Notes under the pieces: model-generated
The model's database searches: none
What the model was told of the DNA's origin: nothing
Seen by the model: only the letters and a program-made list of their open reading frames with translations
Part shown: piece by piece, positions 19,552-29,961 of the stretch
Position numbering within the stretch: position 1 is the first letter of the stretch
How the letters are laid out: each line of letters begins with the position of its first letter
Made by a program: the position numbers and the translations under genes
Assembly: GCA_036679605.1 (NCBI GenBank)
Contig: JAZDCZ010000398.1
Span: forward strand, 64,001 to 128,000
Source of the DNA: Gemmatimonadota bacterium
GTDB lineage: Bacteria > Gemmatimonadota > Gemmatimonadetes > Gemmatimonadales > GWC2-71-9
Length of the DNA: 64,000 nucleotides
Direction: 5' to 3'

Positions 19552-19593
19552 GTATGTTATTGACATACGAACGTATGGTATTTACATACATCT
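19552..19593 (+). promoter_or_regulatory. Promoter/operator of MNT-HEPN operon (probably leaderless)
   Basis: TTGACA-N17-TACATA ending 5 nt before the ATG; palindrome CATACG-AA-CGTATG nested within TGTATGT...ACATACA. Confidence 0.55.
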
Positions 19594-20157
19594 ATGTCTG
19601 GCGCTCTCATCTTCGGCACCGCCGCCCGCAGGGCGATCCTCGCCCGAACCTTCCTTGACTCATCTCGCGAGTTTTATCTGCGCGAACTCGTGCGTCTCAC
19701 CGGCTTTGCTCCACGAACGGTAAACCAGGAAATCGACCGACTGGTAGCTAGCGATCTTCTCACCGAGCGACGCCACGGCAACAGACGGTACCTTAGTGCG
19801 AACGAAAGACACCCGCTCTTCCGGCCCATCCGCGAGATTGTGTTGAAGACCGACGGGCTGGCGGGAGTACTGAGTGAGGCACTGGGAATTGACGGTGTCG
19901 ATTTCGCCTTTGTTTTCGGTTCGATTGCGGCGGCAGCGGCCAAAGGGGGTAGCGACATCGATCTTCTGATCGTGGGAGATATCGGACTGAGGGAGGCGGT
20001 CAAGCGATTGGCACCCGCGCAGGACCAACTCGAGCACGAGATCGTGCCAATCGTGTGGACCCTTCGGGAATTCGAGCGGCGGCGTCAAGATGGCGATCAC
20101 TTTCTCAGTGATATCTTGCGCGGACCCAGGATAGTGGTGGTCGGCAGTGAGCCTTGA
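19594..20157 (+). CDS. wHTH + minimal nucleotidyltransferase (MNT antitoxin-like)
   Basis: N-terminal ArsR-like HTH (YLRELVRLTG...VNQEIDRL), FGS-x10-DIDL. Confidence 0.88.
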   Translation: MSGALIFGTAARRAILARTFLDSSREFYLRELVRLTGFAPRTVNQEIDRLVASDLLTERRHGNRRYLSANERHPLFRPIREIVLKTDGLAGVLSEALGIDGVDFAFVFGSIAAAAAKGGSDIDLLIVGDIGLREAVKRLAPAQDQLEHEIVPIVWTLREFERRRQDGDHFLSDILRGPRIVVVGSEP

Positions 20158-20584
20158 GCGTTGGTTGGAGCACGGGTGGCTTAAGCGCCACACAACGTCG
20201 CGACAGGAAGTTCGGCTGCTGCTCGATGCCGTCGAGCGTGACCTACACGACGCAGGCCAGCGTCTATCCTCCGGGTGGCGGTTTGCTATCGCCTATACGT
20301 CGGCACTGCGTCTGAGTTCAGTAGCGCTATTCGCCTCTGGGTACAGAGCTGAACGGGACCACAAGCACTACCGGACGATAGCGGCGCTTCCGCTCGTGCT
20401 CGGTCCGGACGTGGCAGAGCTGGCGCAGTTTCTCGATACCTGCCGCTCCAAACGCCACGAAGTAACCTATGAATCGGCGACCGCCGTTTCCGAAGCAGAG
20501 GCCGATGAACTTATCGATGCGGTAGATGAATTGCGTAGGCGCCTCCGTGAGTGGCTGAAGGCCGCACATCCAGATTTGATTTGA
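20147..20584 (+). CDS. HEPN-domain protein (partner of the upstream MNT)
   Basis: Helical protein overlapping the MNT gene; AY..AL, H...I, RSKRHEVTY motif. Confidence 0.8.
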   Translation: MSLERWLEHGWLKRHTTSRQEVRLLLDAVERDLHDAGQRLSSGWRFAIAYTSALRLSSVALFASGYRAERDHKHYRTIAALPLVLGPDVAELAQFLDTCRSKRHEVTYESATAVSEAEADELIDAVDELRRRLREWLKAAHPDLI

Positions 20585-20696
20585 GCGAATCGAATATCCG
20601 TATCGAGCGGGCTCATGCCGTTCCCTTCGCATGCCAGCAGCATGCTGCATGGTAGATGAAAACTTGGTTCAAGTCCGCGTCTGCGACCCGCGCTGA

Positions 20697-20814
20697 GAGT
20701 GTTCGGGCGAACAGATGGAGTGTTCGGGCGAACACTTTCCCGCGACGGATTGAATCTCTAACACTTTTTCTATCAACAACTTAACGACTAACTGATCGGG
20801 GCACGCTCCGTGCC
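20697..20814 (+). promoter_or_regulatory. Putative sigma54 promoter with tandem enhancer sites and IHF site
   Basis: Two identical GAGTGTTCGGGCGAACA (20697-20713, 20718-20734); IHF consensus TATCAACAACTTA (20771-20783); GG-N10-GC element GGGCACGCTCCGTGC (20799-20813). Confidence 0.7.
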
Positions 20815-20867
20815 TTTTAGGTGTGCTGGTTTCTCCTTACGAACTCCGCACCAACGGAGCGTGGCCC

Positions 20868-21269
20868 ATGTTGCGTACTCGGCGCTTTGCAATGGCGTTG
20901 TCTCTTCCACTGGCTCTCCTTTTTTCACAGCCCGTCTTGACCGAGGTGATCTCGGGCGATGTCTCTGTCAGCCCCGACCGGGCAACGACCGAGGCCCGCA
21001 CTGCCGAGACCGGCGGCCACAAGCTGAGCTTCACCGTCAGCAACACGGGCACAGAGACTGACACATACGAACTCATCTGTATAGGCGTGGGCCGGGTGAG
21101 CTGTGACGGTGCGAATCCCACTCACACCACGCTGGAACCGGGCCAGAGCGCCACCATCGCAGTTACCTACGATGTGAAGGAGGCTGGTGCTGGTCTCGTG
21201 CGCCTGATCGCGTTCAGCGAATCGAGTCTGGCGCGTGACGACGGCACCTACCGCATACCGGTCAAGTGA
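20868..21269 (+). CDS. Secreted single Ig-like domain protein, paralogous to the Rhs N-terminal domain
   Basis: Signal-peptide-like N-terminus; FTVSNTG..DTY...C.......C aligns with Rhs FTVKNTG..DTF...C.......C; GGAG upstream of ATG 20868. Confidence 0.8.
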   Translation: MLRTRRFAMALSLPLALLFSQPVLTEVISGDVSVSPDRATTEARTAETGGHKLSFTVSNTGTETDTYELICIGVGRVSCDGANPTHTTLEPGQSATIAVTYDVKEAGAGLVRLIAFSESSLARDDGTYRIPVK

Positions 21270-21367
21270 TCTCACCGATGCTGAGATCACCATCCAACTC
21301 GAAGTGCTTGACGACAACGCGCTTGGAATCTCTGAACAACAACCAGACACAGCTCGCGGAGGCTGTC

Positions 21368-24300
21368 ATGTCGGCTGCTCGTAAGTTCATTATCACACTC
21401 GCTGCTCTATCCCTTGCTATCGCGTTGCCCAACGTTCTCGCCGCTCAGGGCCCTCCTGGCGGCCCTCCTGGCGGTGGTGGATCGGTATCTGTAACGCCCG
21501 ACGGTGCCACTACACCGGACCGGATTGCCAACACCGACGATCACAGCGAGGACTTCACGGTTAAGAACACGGGGAGCGGCACCGACACGTTCTTCATAAG
21601 CTGTGGCGGCTCGAGCAATGTGACCTGCACGGGGGTCAGCCCCTCGCAGGTGACCCTGGGTGCTAATCAGAGCACGACAGTGACGGCCGACTACGATGTG
21701 GGTGCTGTTGGGACGGGGAACCTAGACGTTACTGCCTTCAGCGAGGACACGTTCGCCGAGGACAATGGCGACTACAACGTGCCGGTGATCTCAGCGCTTG
21801 CGGTACCCGAGGTAGACATAACGCCCTACAACCACGAGACCCAGCAGATGGGGCGCTGTGCGGCGTCCTGCTTTGCGGTCACGCACGCCCAGGGCACGGT
21901 GCCCTACGTGAGCCACGACACACCGCGCAACGTGACCCTGGTCTATCACGGCGACCGTGTGGATCCCAAGCCGTTCATCCACGTCAACGTACGGCACCCG
22001 GACAGCGAAACACCGGTGCCCTCGAAGTTCTGGCTCGAGGCCAAGAAGGATGGCGTGTTGCTGACGTTCCTAAATGGGGAGACCAGGCTCAAGTTCACGG
22101 CAGCCAGTTCGGGTTGGCAGCGGTTGGCCGGACAGTTCAACGCGAGTTCCTACAGCACTGGAGTCTATGCCCTAGACATCATCGTTACGGCCGACTACGG
22201 TGGTCAGGGCACCCAGCAGAAGGTGACCCAGACCAAGCTGGTGGTGGTAAACGAGAACAACTCCTCCATAGCACGCGGCTGGAACATTGCCGGTGTGCAG
22301 CGGCTCTACGTGCAGGGCGATGGTTCGGCATTCATCACCGAGGGAGACGGCTCGGCCGTGTATTTCCAGAAGTCGGGCAGCACGTTCATAACACCAGCGG
22401 GCGAGTTCTCGAAGCTCGTGGCTGGCGGGGGCGGAGGTTGGGACCGCTTCTACCCCGATTCCACACAGGTGAGTTTTAACAGCAGTGGCCGGATGACCCG
22501 GGTGTATGACCAGTTCAACAACATTACCAACTTCACCTATGTCGGCAACAACCTCACCTTGATTGCCGACCCAGCCAACAAGATGCTGAGTTTGACCTAC
22601 GGCACCTACGGGCTGAGTTCAATCAGGAGCACGATCACCCCCTACCGCTACACCAACTTCACGGTGCTGTCGAACAAGACTCTGACCAAGATCAAGGATC
22701 CCGACAACATCGCGACAAATTTCCAGTATGACGGGAGTAAGAGACTGTGGAAGGTCACGGACCGGCGGAGCAAGACGACAACTCTGGCATACGATTCGCT
22801 ATCGGGGAAACTAGCGAGCGTTACCGTGCCAGCTGTGCCGATCTTCACAGAGGGTACGGTATCACCCGTCACGCAGTTTGCCCCGTGGCAGCCGGTGGGC
22901 GTGCCGTATACTGCCACTTCATCTACGCCAGCCGCAATGGTGCGTCCAGCGGATGTCAAGGGCACTGTCACCGACCCGGGTAACCACGCGACTACTTTCA
23001 CGGTGGACCGCTGGGGCCAGCCGGTGGCGTCTACCGATCCCCTGAGCACGGTCACTACTATCAGCTACAACAGCAACGGGCTGCCGGTACGCACGGTGAA
23101 TTCTACCGATACGACCGCAGTCGACAGCTTGGACTACAACTTCGATGGGCTGGTGACCTACGCCAAGCCGACTGGTGGGACCGCTACCATCACCACGTAC
23201 GGCGCCTGGGCCCAGCCGACTCTGATCCTGGGCGACGGGCAGCCGAGCCGGACGTTCAAACTTGGCACCAACGGCCGCATCGACTCGACCTGGGTAGGGG
23301 GAACCAAGTACACACGCTTCACGTACGACAGCCGTGGTCGAGTGTTGACGGTCAAGGACGGTTTGAACAATCTGGTCCAGAGTTTTGCCTATAGCGGAAC
23401 CAACGGGAACAGGAGCAGTGTCACTCTTCCGGGCGGCAGGATCACGACGTACGGCTACGATGCCTACGGCCGGGTGACCACTGTGAGCACGGCGGGGCTG
23501 CCGACCAGAACGACGTACTACGATTTGTTGAACCGGCCAGACTCGGTCAAGGACGGTGTCAACACCAAGGCCACCCGGTTTGGCTACGACGCGCTGTACA
23601 GGACCAGCGTGACCGATCCCAAGGATCAGGTGTATAGCTTTACCCATAATGCACTCGGGTGGCTCACTCAGCAGACGGACCCGGTGAACAAGTCAGACAC
23701 TTACGAATATTCCAAGGACGGAGAACTCAAGCGCTGGAAGAACCGCAGGCTCGAGAGCACAGATTACGCGTATGACGTCATGCACCGGCAGACGTCCAAG
23801 TCGGGGTCCAATACGGACAACACGACATTTGCGTATTCGGACGACGGCAGGCGGGTCAAGGCAACGAGCCCGATGGCGACGGATTCTATCTTTCTGAACG
23901 TGCTGGGCGCAGCGGAGAAGACGTGGACTCAGATGGGTGGCAAGACCTATACGCGGAACTACAACTACACCCAGGCGGGTCTGTTGGACAGCGTGTGGAC
24001 CAATGTATCGCACGAGACATTCCTGGGTAGGAAGTACAAGTACACCACTAGTCGTGGCACGCTGGACGAGATCAGGGTAGGTGGCAAGAGTACCTCACAC
24101 ACGTTCAACTCAAACCTGCAGCACACGTCTACGACCTTTGCCGGTGGAGACGTGGTGACCCGCCAGTACACGACGCCGCATTCGACAGCCAAGATCGAGA
24201 GCAACCAGGCGGGGCTGGACGTATTGGTGAGAAGGCTTGAGCACGACACGGTAGGTAGGATAAAGACCCAGTACACCGATCCCATCCCCGTAGAGTTCGG

Positions 24301-25714
24301 CACGGTGTTTGGCTACGATGGCTTGAACCGTGTGGTCAGGGACACGATGGGTATGATAGAGTCCGATCTCTGCACGTTTGATCCCGACAACGGCTACGAC
24401 TGTCCACCGCCCACGACTGATTCGGTGCGGAGCTTCATCTACGACGCCGTGGGGAACATGACGCGGGATTCGTTGTACCGCGTGTGGAACGGAGGTACGG
24501 ACGTGGCCACGGGCGCGTATGGCACCGGCAACAGGATCACCTCGTTCGACGGGTGCAGCTACCAGACCGACGCGGATGGGAACGTGACCCAGCGGTCGGG
24601 CTGTGGTAGCACCGCCAACTTCTATTGGTCGTCGGAGAACGTATTGGACTCGATGACTGTGGGTGGTCAGAAGATAAAGAATTATTACGATGCATTCGGT
24701 AGACTTGTAAAGCGGGACGTGTATGGGACGGTGAGCTATTACTGGTGGGACGGAGACAATCTCTTTGCCGAGCTGGATGCTACGGGGCAGAAGAAGGCCG
24801 AGTACTCCTACTATCCGGGTCTCGACAACCTGCATGCTCTGGTCGACCAGGACGACAGCGTGTACTTTGCCCACAGCGACGGAATGGGGAATGTTGTCGG
24901 TCTGGTGAGCGACAGCAAGGTACTCAAGCGGCGTTACGACTACGATCTCAAGGGTAGTCTGGTTGGGACCGGTGACATCAAACCGTTCAGTGACAGAGAT
25001 CGTGCGCGTTTCAAGGGTGCCTTGTGGATGGGCCCGGAGGTGGACCTCTACTACATGAGGAATAGGTGGTACGAGACAAGCACTGGGCGTTTCTTGAGTG
25101 AGGATCCCATTGGACTGGGTGGTGGTATCAACGTCTACGCGTTTGCGGGAAACAATCCGGTGTCGGGGCGGGATCCGTTGGGGCTCTGTCCCCCTTATCC
25201 CTGCGATCTGCCGGGTGTCACTGTGACCGGCGTCCGCGAAGATCCCTTTGCTGACTTCGACAAGATGGTCGGCAGTGACCGTGACACGTTCGATGGCTCT
25301 GGCCCAGGTGGGTTCGGTTGGGGTGGTGGTGGCGGAGGCGGAGGTGTTGTCAGTGGGCTGCAGCAATCGCGGAGCTGTAGCTTCAACCAGAACTTTCTGC
25401 GCCAGATAAATGAGCAATTTGACTTGGCCGCAAATGACGGTCGGGAACGCGCTGGTTTTTACGGTGCACCGTGGACGTCACCAGTCCGCCTCACGGCTAT
25501 CGGTGGACCCGATTTCGTTCGTATTCCATTGCGTCCTGGCGCCGCGGGGTATTGGCACACTCACCAGAACCCGCCGCAGACGCATCTTCAGGGTCCCAGC
25601 CAGGACGACTTGGACTTTGCGGTCAATCGCGCTAACTCAACCTTATTCGCAGTTGCCCGCGACTCGCTTTATGTGATTAGTCAGAATGGCTCTGTAACGG
25701 CATGCGGTCGGTAG
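21368..25714 (+). CDS. Rhs/YD-repeat polymorphic toxin with Sec signal peptide, Ig-like N-terminal domain and JAB/MPN-like C-terminal tip
   Basis: MSAARKFIITLAALSLAIALPNVLAAQ signal; many YD repeats; core end YYMRNRWY...GRFLSEDPIGLGGGINVYAFAGNNPVSGRDPLGL; tip E..(ERAG)...WHTH...PSQDD; GGAGG RBS before ATG 21368. Confidence 0.93.
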   Translation: MSAARKFIITLAALSLAIALPNVLAAQGPPGGPPGGGGSVSVTPDGATTPDRIANTDDHSEDFTVKNTGSGTDTFFISCGGSSNVTCTGVSPSQVTLGANQSTTVTADYDVGAVGTGNLDVTAFSEDTFAEDNGDYNVPVISALAVPEVDITPYNHETQQMGRCAASCFAVTHAQGTVPYVSHDTPRNVTLVYHGDRVDPKPFIHVNVRHPDSETPVPSKFWLEAKKDGVLLTFLNGETRLKFTAASSGWQRLAGQFNASSYSTGVYALDIIVTADYGGQGTQQKVTQTKLVVVNENNSSIARGWNIAGVQRLYVQGDGSAFITEGDGSAVYFQKSGSTFITPAGEFSKLVAGGGGGWDRFYPDSTQVSFNSSGRMTRVYDQFNNITNFTYVGNNLTLIADPANKMLSLTYGTYGLSSIRSTITPYRYTNFTVLSNKTLTKIKDPDNIATNFQYDGSKRLWKVTDRRSKTTTLAYDSLSGKLASVTVPAVPIFTEGTVSPVTQFAPWQPVGVPYTATSSTPAAMVRPADVKGTVTDPGNHATTFTVDRWGQPVASTDPLSTVTTISYNSNGLPVRTVNSTDTTAVDSLDYNFDGLVTYAKPTGGTATITTYGAWAQPTLILGDGQPSRTFKLGTNGRIDSTWVGGTKYTRFTYDSRGRVLTVKDGLNNLVQSFAYSGTNGNRSSVTLPGGRITTYGYDAYGRVTTVSTAGLPTRTTYYDLLNRPDSVKDGVNTKATRFGYDALYRTSVTDPKDQVYSFTHNALGWLTQQTDPVNKSDTYEYSKDGELKRWKNRRLESTDYAYDVMHRQTSKSGSNTDNTTFAYSDDGRRVKATSPMATDSIFLNVLGAAEKTWTQMGGKTYTRNYNYTQAGLLDSVWTNVSHETFLGRKYKYTTSRGTLDEIRVGGKSTSHTFNSNLQHTSTTFAGGDVVTRQYTTPHSTAKIESNQAGLDVLVRRLEHDTVGRIKTQYTDPIPVEFGTVFGYDGLNRVVRDTMGMIESDLCTFDPDNGYDCPPPTTDSVRSFIYDAVGNMTRDSLYRVWNGGTDVATGAYGTGNRITSFDGCSYQTDADGNVTQRSGCGSTANFYWSSENVLDSMTVGGQKIKNYYDAFGRLVKRDVYGTVSYYWWDGDNLFAELDATGQKKAEYSYYPGLDNLHALVDQDDSVYFAHSDGMGNVVGLVSDSKVLKRRYDYDLKGSLVGTGDIKPFSDRDRARFKGALWMGPEVDLYYMRNRWYETSTGRFLSEDPIGLGGGINVYAFAGNNPVSGRDPLGLCPPYPCDLPGVTVTGVREDPFADFDKMVGSDRDTFDGSGPGGFGWGGGGGGGGVVSGLQQSRSCSFNQNFLRQINEQFDLAANDGRERAGFYGAPWTSPVRLTAIGGPDFVRIPLRPGAAGYWHTHQNPPQTHLQGPSQDDLDFAVNRANSTLFAVARDSLYVISQNGSVTACGR

Positions 25715-25789
25715 AGCGGGGTGATCCGATCATGCCTGGTTGCGATATCGAGTTGCCCTTGTCATTTGCATTAGAAGGGATACACAAAA

Positions 25790-26401
25790 ATGAGTCGATG
25801 GATCGGTAGCGTCATTGCGACCGTCGTTCTTGCGGCGACTGCGGTCAGTGGTATTGCGTGTGGGCCGCCCGACGGAAGCGACTCACAGTCGGACCGCGCG
25901 GCTGACGCTCAGCAATGCCTGGTGGATGAACTGGGGCTATCCACAGTTGCCCGAGCGGCAGACCTAGTCGATGTGTTCGATCTCGAACTCCACGTGACCA
26001 CTGGTCGGGAGCAGGATTCAGTGATCCGAGGTCGCATTACCCTAGTGACGTGGCCAGACAGCACTAAAGGTGAAGAGCGTGGAGCATCACCATTCGTGCT
26101 CTATGGCTGGACCACTATCTCTAGCGAGCGAATTGGGGATGTAGTGATGACCACCCCTCTATCATCAACAGATCCGACACAACCGGGCGTCATCGGCTTG
26201 GCGGACCGTAGGGACAGTGCGATTGTGCTTACCCTTGGCTCAGCTGCAGAAGGCGGAAACTTTTCACTTCACACGGGTCTACGCTTCCAGGTGCTACGTA
26301 GCGGACCGGACGGGTTCCGCGGAACGTGGGAGGTTGCAAGCCTTCGGCGTAGGCGACCAGCAGGCATCTTCTGCGCTCGGCGCGTGCAGGAGGGCAACTA
26401 A
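25790..26401 (+). CDS. Putative lipoprotein, candidate immunity protein 1
   Basis: Immediately downstream of Rhs; hydrophobic leader ending in GIAC lipobox-like motif. Confidence 0.7.
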   Translation: MSRWIGSVIATVVLAATAVSGIACGPPDGSDSQSDRAADAQQCLVDELGLSTVARAADLVDVFDLELHVTTGREQDSVIRGRITLVTWPDSTKGEERGASPFVLYGWTTISSERIGDVVMTTPLSSTDPTQPGVIGLADRRDSAIVLTLGSAAEGGNFSLHTGLRFQVLRSGPDGFRGTWEVASLRRRRPAGIFCARRVQEGN

Positions 26402-26525
26402 ACGACGAAGTTACCGGGAGAGCTATATTCGTTCGTGAGGTAGTTGAAGCACGTGAGGTGGTAGCTTTCGCACGCAGACGCTTCACCTGCGATTCGCGAC
26501 CGATACAACTTCGTTGGCGATATCG

Positions 26526-28553
26526 CTACGGGCAGTGCAATCACGAGCACAATCAATCCCTACCGCCACAGCTACATGCCGGTGCTGTCGAACAAGAAGC
26601 TGACGCAGATCAAGGATCCGGTCCGACCGTTAGAAGTATTCCAAGCACGGCGAACTAAAGCGCTGGAAGAACCGCAGGCTCGAGAGCACAGATTACGCGT
26701 ATGACGTCATGCACCGGCAGACGTCCAAGTCGGGCTCCAACACGGACAACACGACGTTTGCGTATTCGGACGACGGTCGGCGGGTGAAGGCAACGAGCCT
26801 CATGGCGACTGATTCTATATATCTGTGGACCAATGTATCGCATGAGACGTTCCTGGGCAGGAAGTACAAGTACACCACCAGCCGCGGCACGCTGGACGAG
26901 ATCAGGGTAGGTGGCAAGAGTACCTCACACACGTTCAACTCAAACCTGCAGCCCACGTCTACGACCTTTGCCGGTGGAGACGTGGTGACCCGCCAGTACA
27001 CGACGCCGCATTCGACAGCCAAGATCGAGAGCAACCAGGCGGGGCTGGACGTATTGGTGAGGCGGCTTGAGTACGACACGGTAGGCAGGATAAAGACCCA
27101 GTACACCGATCCCATCCCCGTAGAGTTCGGTACGGTGTTTGGTTATGATGGGCTTAACCGTGTGGTAAGGGACACGATGGGAATGATCGAGTCCGATCTC
27201 TGCACGTTCGATCCAGATGACGGGTATGACTGTCCTCCTCCTACTACGGACTCGGTGCGGAGCTTCATCTACGACGCCGTGGGTAACATGACGAGGGATT
27301 CCTTGCGAAGGGTCTTTAACGGCGGCACCGACGTGGCCACGGGCGCGTATGGTACGGCCAACAGGATCACGTCGTTCGACGGCTGCAACTACCTGACCGA
27401 TGCCGATGGCAACGTGACTCAGAGATCGGGCTGTGGCAGTACTGTCACGTTCTACTGGTCATCCGAGAACCGTTTGGACTCGATGCTGGTCGGTGCTCAA
27501 AAGATCAGGAGCTACTACGACGCGTTCGGTAGGCTTGTGAAGCGTGACGTGTACGGGACCATCAGTTACTACTGGTGGGATGGGGACAATCTCTTTGCCG
27601 AGCTCGACGGTGCTGGCCGGAAGAAGGCCGAGTACTCTTATTATCCGGGTCTCGACAACTTGCATGCTCTGGTCGACCAGGACGACAGCGTGTTCTTTGC
27701 CCATAGCGACGGGTTTGGCAACGTGATCGGCTTGGTGAGTGAGACGAAGGTCTTGAGGCGAAAGTACGAGTACGATCTCAAGGGCAACCTGGTGGGGGGC
27801 TGGGACACCAAGCCGTTCAGTGACAGAGACCGAGCGCGTTTCAAGGGAGCGCTCTGGATGGGCCCGGAGGTGGATATGTACTATATGAGGAATCGGTGGT
27901 ACGAAACACACAGCGGACGGTTCCTGAGTGAAGATCCGATTGGATTGGACGGTGGGATCAATCAATACGTTTACTCAAAGAACAATCCGGTGTCGTTGAA
28001 AGATCCGGCCGGCCTGAAGATATGTTTTGCCAAATTCGACAGTGGAGACCGTGAACGGCTTGTGGATTCACTTGAACATGCTTTGGACGCGATTATCGAG
28101 ATTGGAGATGATGGTTGTTTGAAGAAAATCATTTCGTTGGCTGATCCGGGTACCCGGAGAGGTCGCATTGCACGGCTCTTGGTTGCGGCTCTCAACGCTC
28201 AGATTGAATTTGGACGGAAAATCATAATCGAAGGGGCCTTAGGTGAGGGGTCGAATTTCAGCCGCCTCAGCTTGAATGTGCTCCTTTGGAAGATGAAGTT
28301 GAAAAAATGGAGGGTAAATATCGACCGGGGCCAGATAGGACTCCGGTACGCAACTGACGACGCAATCAGGGGTTGCGGGCGGTACGGAGCGACGTGGAGC
28401 GCGGGCTCAATCTTCATTCATGAAACGGTGGGTCACGGACGGGATATCCCATTCGGAGGAGGCATCCTGGGGCAGCGTGAGGCGATACTTACTGAGAATC
28501 TCTACCACTTTCTCGAAGGTGGGCCAAGCAGGAGCATACGTTGTGGTTTGTAG
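26526..28553 (+). pseudogene. Orphan Rhs module 2 (5'-truncated core, ORF 26709-28553) with HExxxH metallopeptidase-like tip
   Basis: High nucleotide identity to 23707-25185 plus a piece matching ~22606-22702; in-frame 33-aa deletion; after DPAGL a new tip with IFIHETVGH...EAILTEN. Confidence 0.88.
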
Positions 28554-29397
28554 GTCGACCATACCATCTAGTTCGCAGATCTTGGCGATGCTGGCTTCAG
28601 TGTGTTGCGGCGTCGGCTGCCTTCAGCCGGATCGCGCGAACCCGACCCTGCAGGAACTCGGACACGGAATTGTGGAGCGTGCAATCCAGGGAGATTTCGC
28701 GTCGGTGGGGTGGTATGCCACAAACGTTCGTGTGGTTCAGAATATTGCATGGCTGGCGCGTGAGGAACCCGACATACTCGCCCGATTGGTTGCTAAAGGG
28801 CGTATGGATGGTCGGTGGTCTGATTCTACATTGGCGGATTCTCTGCCGGCCGTATATACCGTGGCTGAAGGAGATGGCCTAGACACGGCTCTGACGTTCA
28901 CCTTCGTTCGCAATAGAGGAGTGTGGAAGGTGTCCGAGCTGCTTCTGACTGATCATCTGCAGCAGCGAGCGGACTCGACGAGAGTTCAGGTACTGGAGAG
29001 GTTGGAGCGTATGTCGGCCCGTGCGGCGGGCGACGTTGGGAGCGTGCTCCTTTCGCTGGTTGTTGAGCAGCTAGATGCCGTGGTAGCTGGCGATTTTTTC
29101 ACTGCTGCTGCGATCTCAGCACATCCCTGGGCGATATCGGATGCGGCCATCCTTCGTAAGGAGGACCCGACACTCCTTGAAGCTGCCAGAGGACTAGACA
29201 CGGTTCGAGTTGACTGGATCGTGGATCATGCGAGAGCGGACTGGGTCGTGGATGAGAAGACAGGCGATTCGGTGGGAGTGGGGTTGTGGTTGAGATCGGC
29301 AGGCGTGGCGGGGCTGGGACGCGCCGTGGACTACGACTTCGTTCGCCAAGGTGACGTTTGGATGATTCTGCGCGGGCCAAATTTCCGTCAGCCGTGA
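28543..29397 (+). CDS. Putative lipoprotein with two tandem homologous domains, candidate immunity protein 2
   Basis: GTG at 28543 with GGAG RBS overlapping the toxin stop (start uncertain; ATG 28588 is an alternative); GVGC lipobox-like; internal duplication. Confidence 0.68.
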   Translation: MVCRSTIPSSSQILAMLASVCCGVGCLQPDRANPTLQELGHGIVERAIQGDFASVGWYATNVRVVQNIAWLAREEPDILARLVAKGRMDGRWSDSTLADSLPAVYTVAEGDGLDTALTFTFVRNRGVWKVSELLLTDHLQQRADSTRVQVLERLERMSARAAGDVGSVLLSLVVEQLDAVVAGDFFTAAAISAHPWAISDAAILRKEDPTLLEAARGLDTVRVDWIVDHARADWVVDEKTGDSVGVGLWLRSAGVAGLGRAVDYDFVRQGDVWMILRGPNFRQP

Positions 29398-29961
29398 TCG
29401 TTACTTCTAGTAGTTGAGATCTGAGTCAAGCAGTTGTCCCCGTAGGTGGCCAGGCGTCGGCGGTTGCGTCAGGATGGGCTTTGTTGTAGCCGCTGACGGT
29501 TTCGTCGATCCCCATCGTCGCTTGCCGGCGCACGAGCGCTTCGATCCGTCATTCCTGATGGCCAGTGTGCCCTGACAGGAGTTCCTATTTGCTTGCACGC
29601 CGGCGCTACGCAAGGCGTGCGAGGAGGCCGTCTGTGGTGCGGACAAGGCGACGACAGGCCCTCCGATGACGCCGTGAGGGAGATCGGTCGAGAGTGTCCT
29701 CGCCAGGCTCGAGGAGAATCCTATGTTGGCGAGGCGGTCTTGAAAGGGCGAGGGATTTCGTGCGGCGCCAGTGCTGCCGTGCGGCAACACCTGGACGACC
29801 CGCGCGCCAAGCGCGAATGTCCGAAAACGCTAGAGCCGACTCTGCCGCGCCTTGGAGCGCAATGACGCGATACAGTGGTCGACCACGGAATGCTGATCGG
29901 CGGCGGAGTGCCTAGTTGAACATCCTGCCCCATAGAACATTGTCAAACTCGGCACGAACGG

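Noticed and set aside
20697..20734. Tandem 17-bp repeats as a mini CRISPR array
   Set aside because: Only two units with a 4-bp spacer and no cas genes; better explained as enhancer sites
24110..25417. 435-aa minus-strand ORF
   Set aside because: Antisense shadow of the Rhs gene with no recognisable motifs
29407..29960. Short ORFs between immunity gene 2 and Rhs module 3
   Set aside because: No recognisable motifs or RBS; probably degraded DNA whose origin I cannot identify
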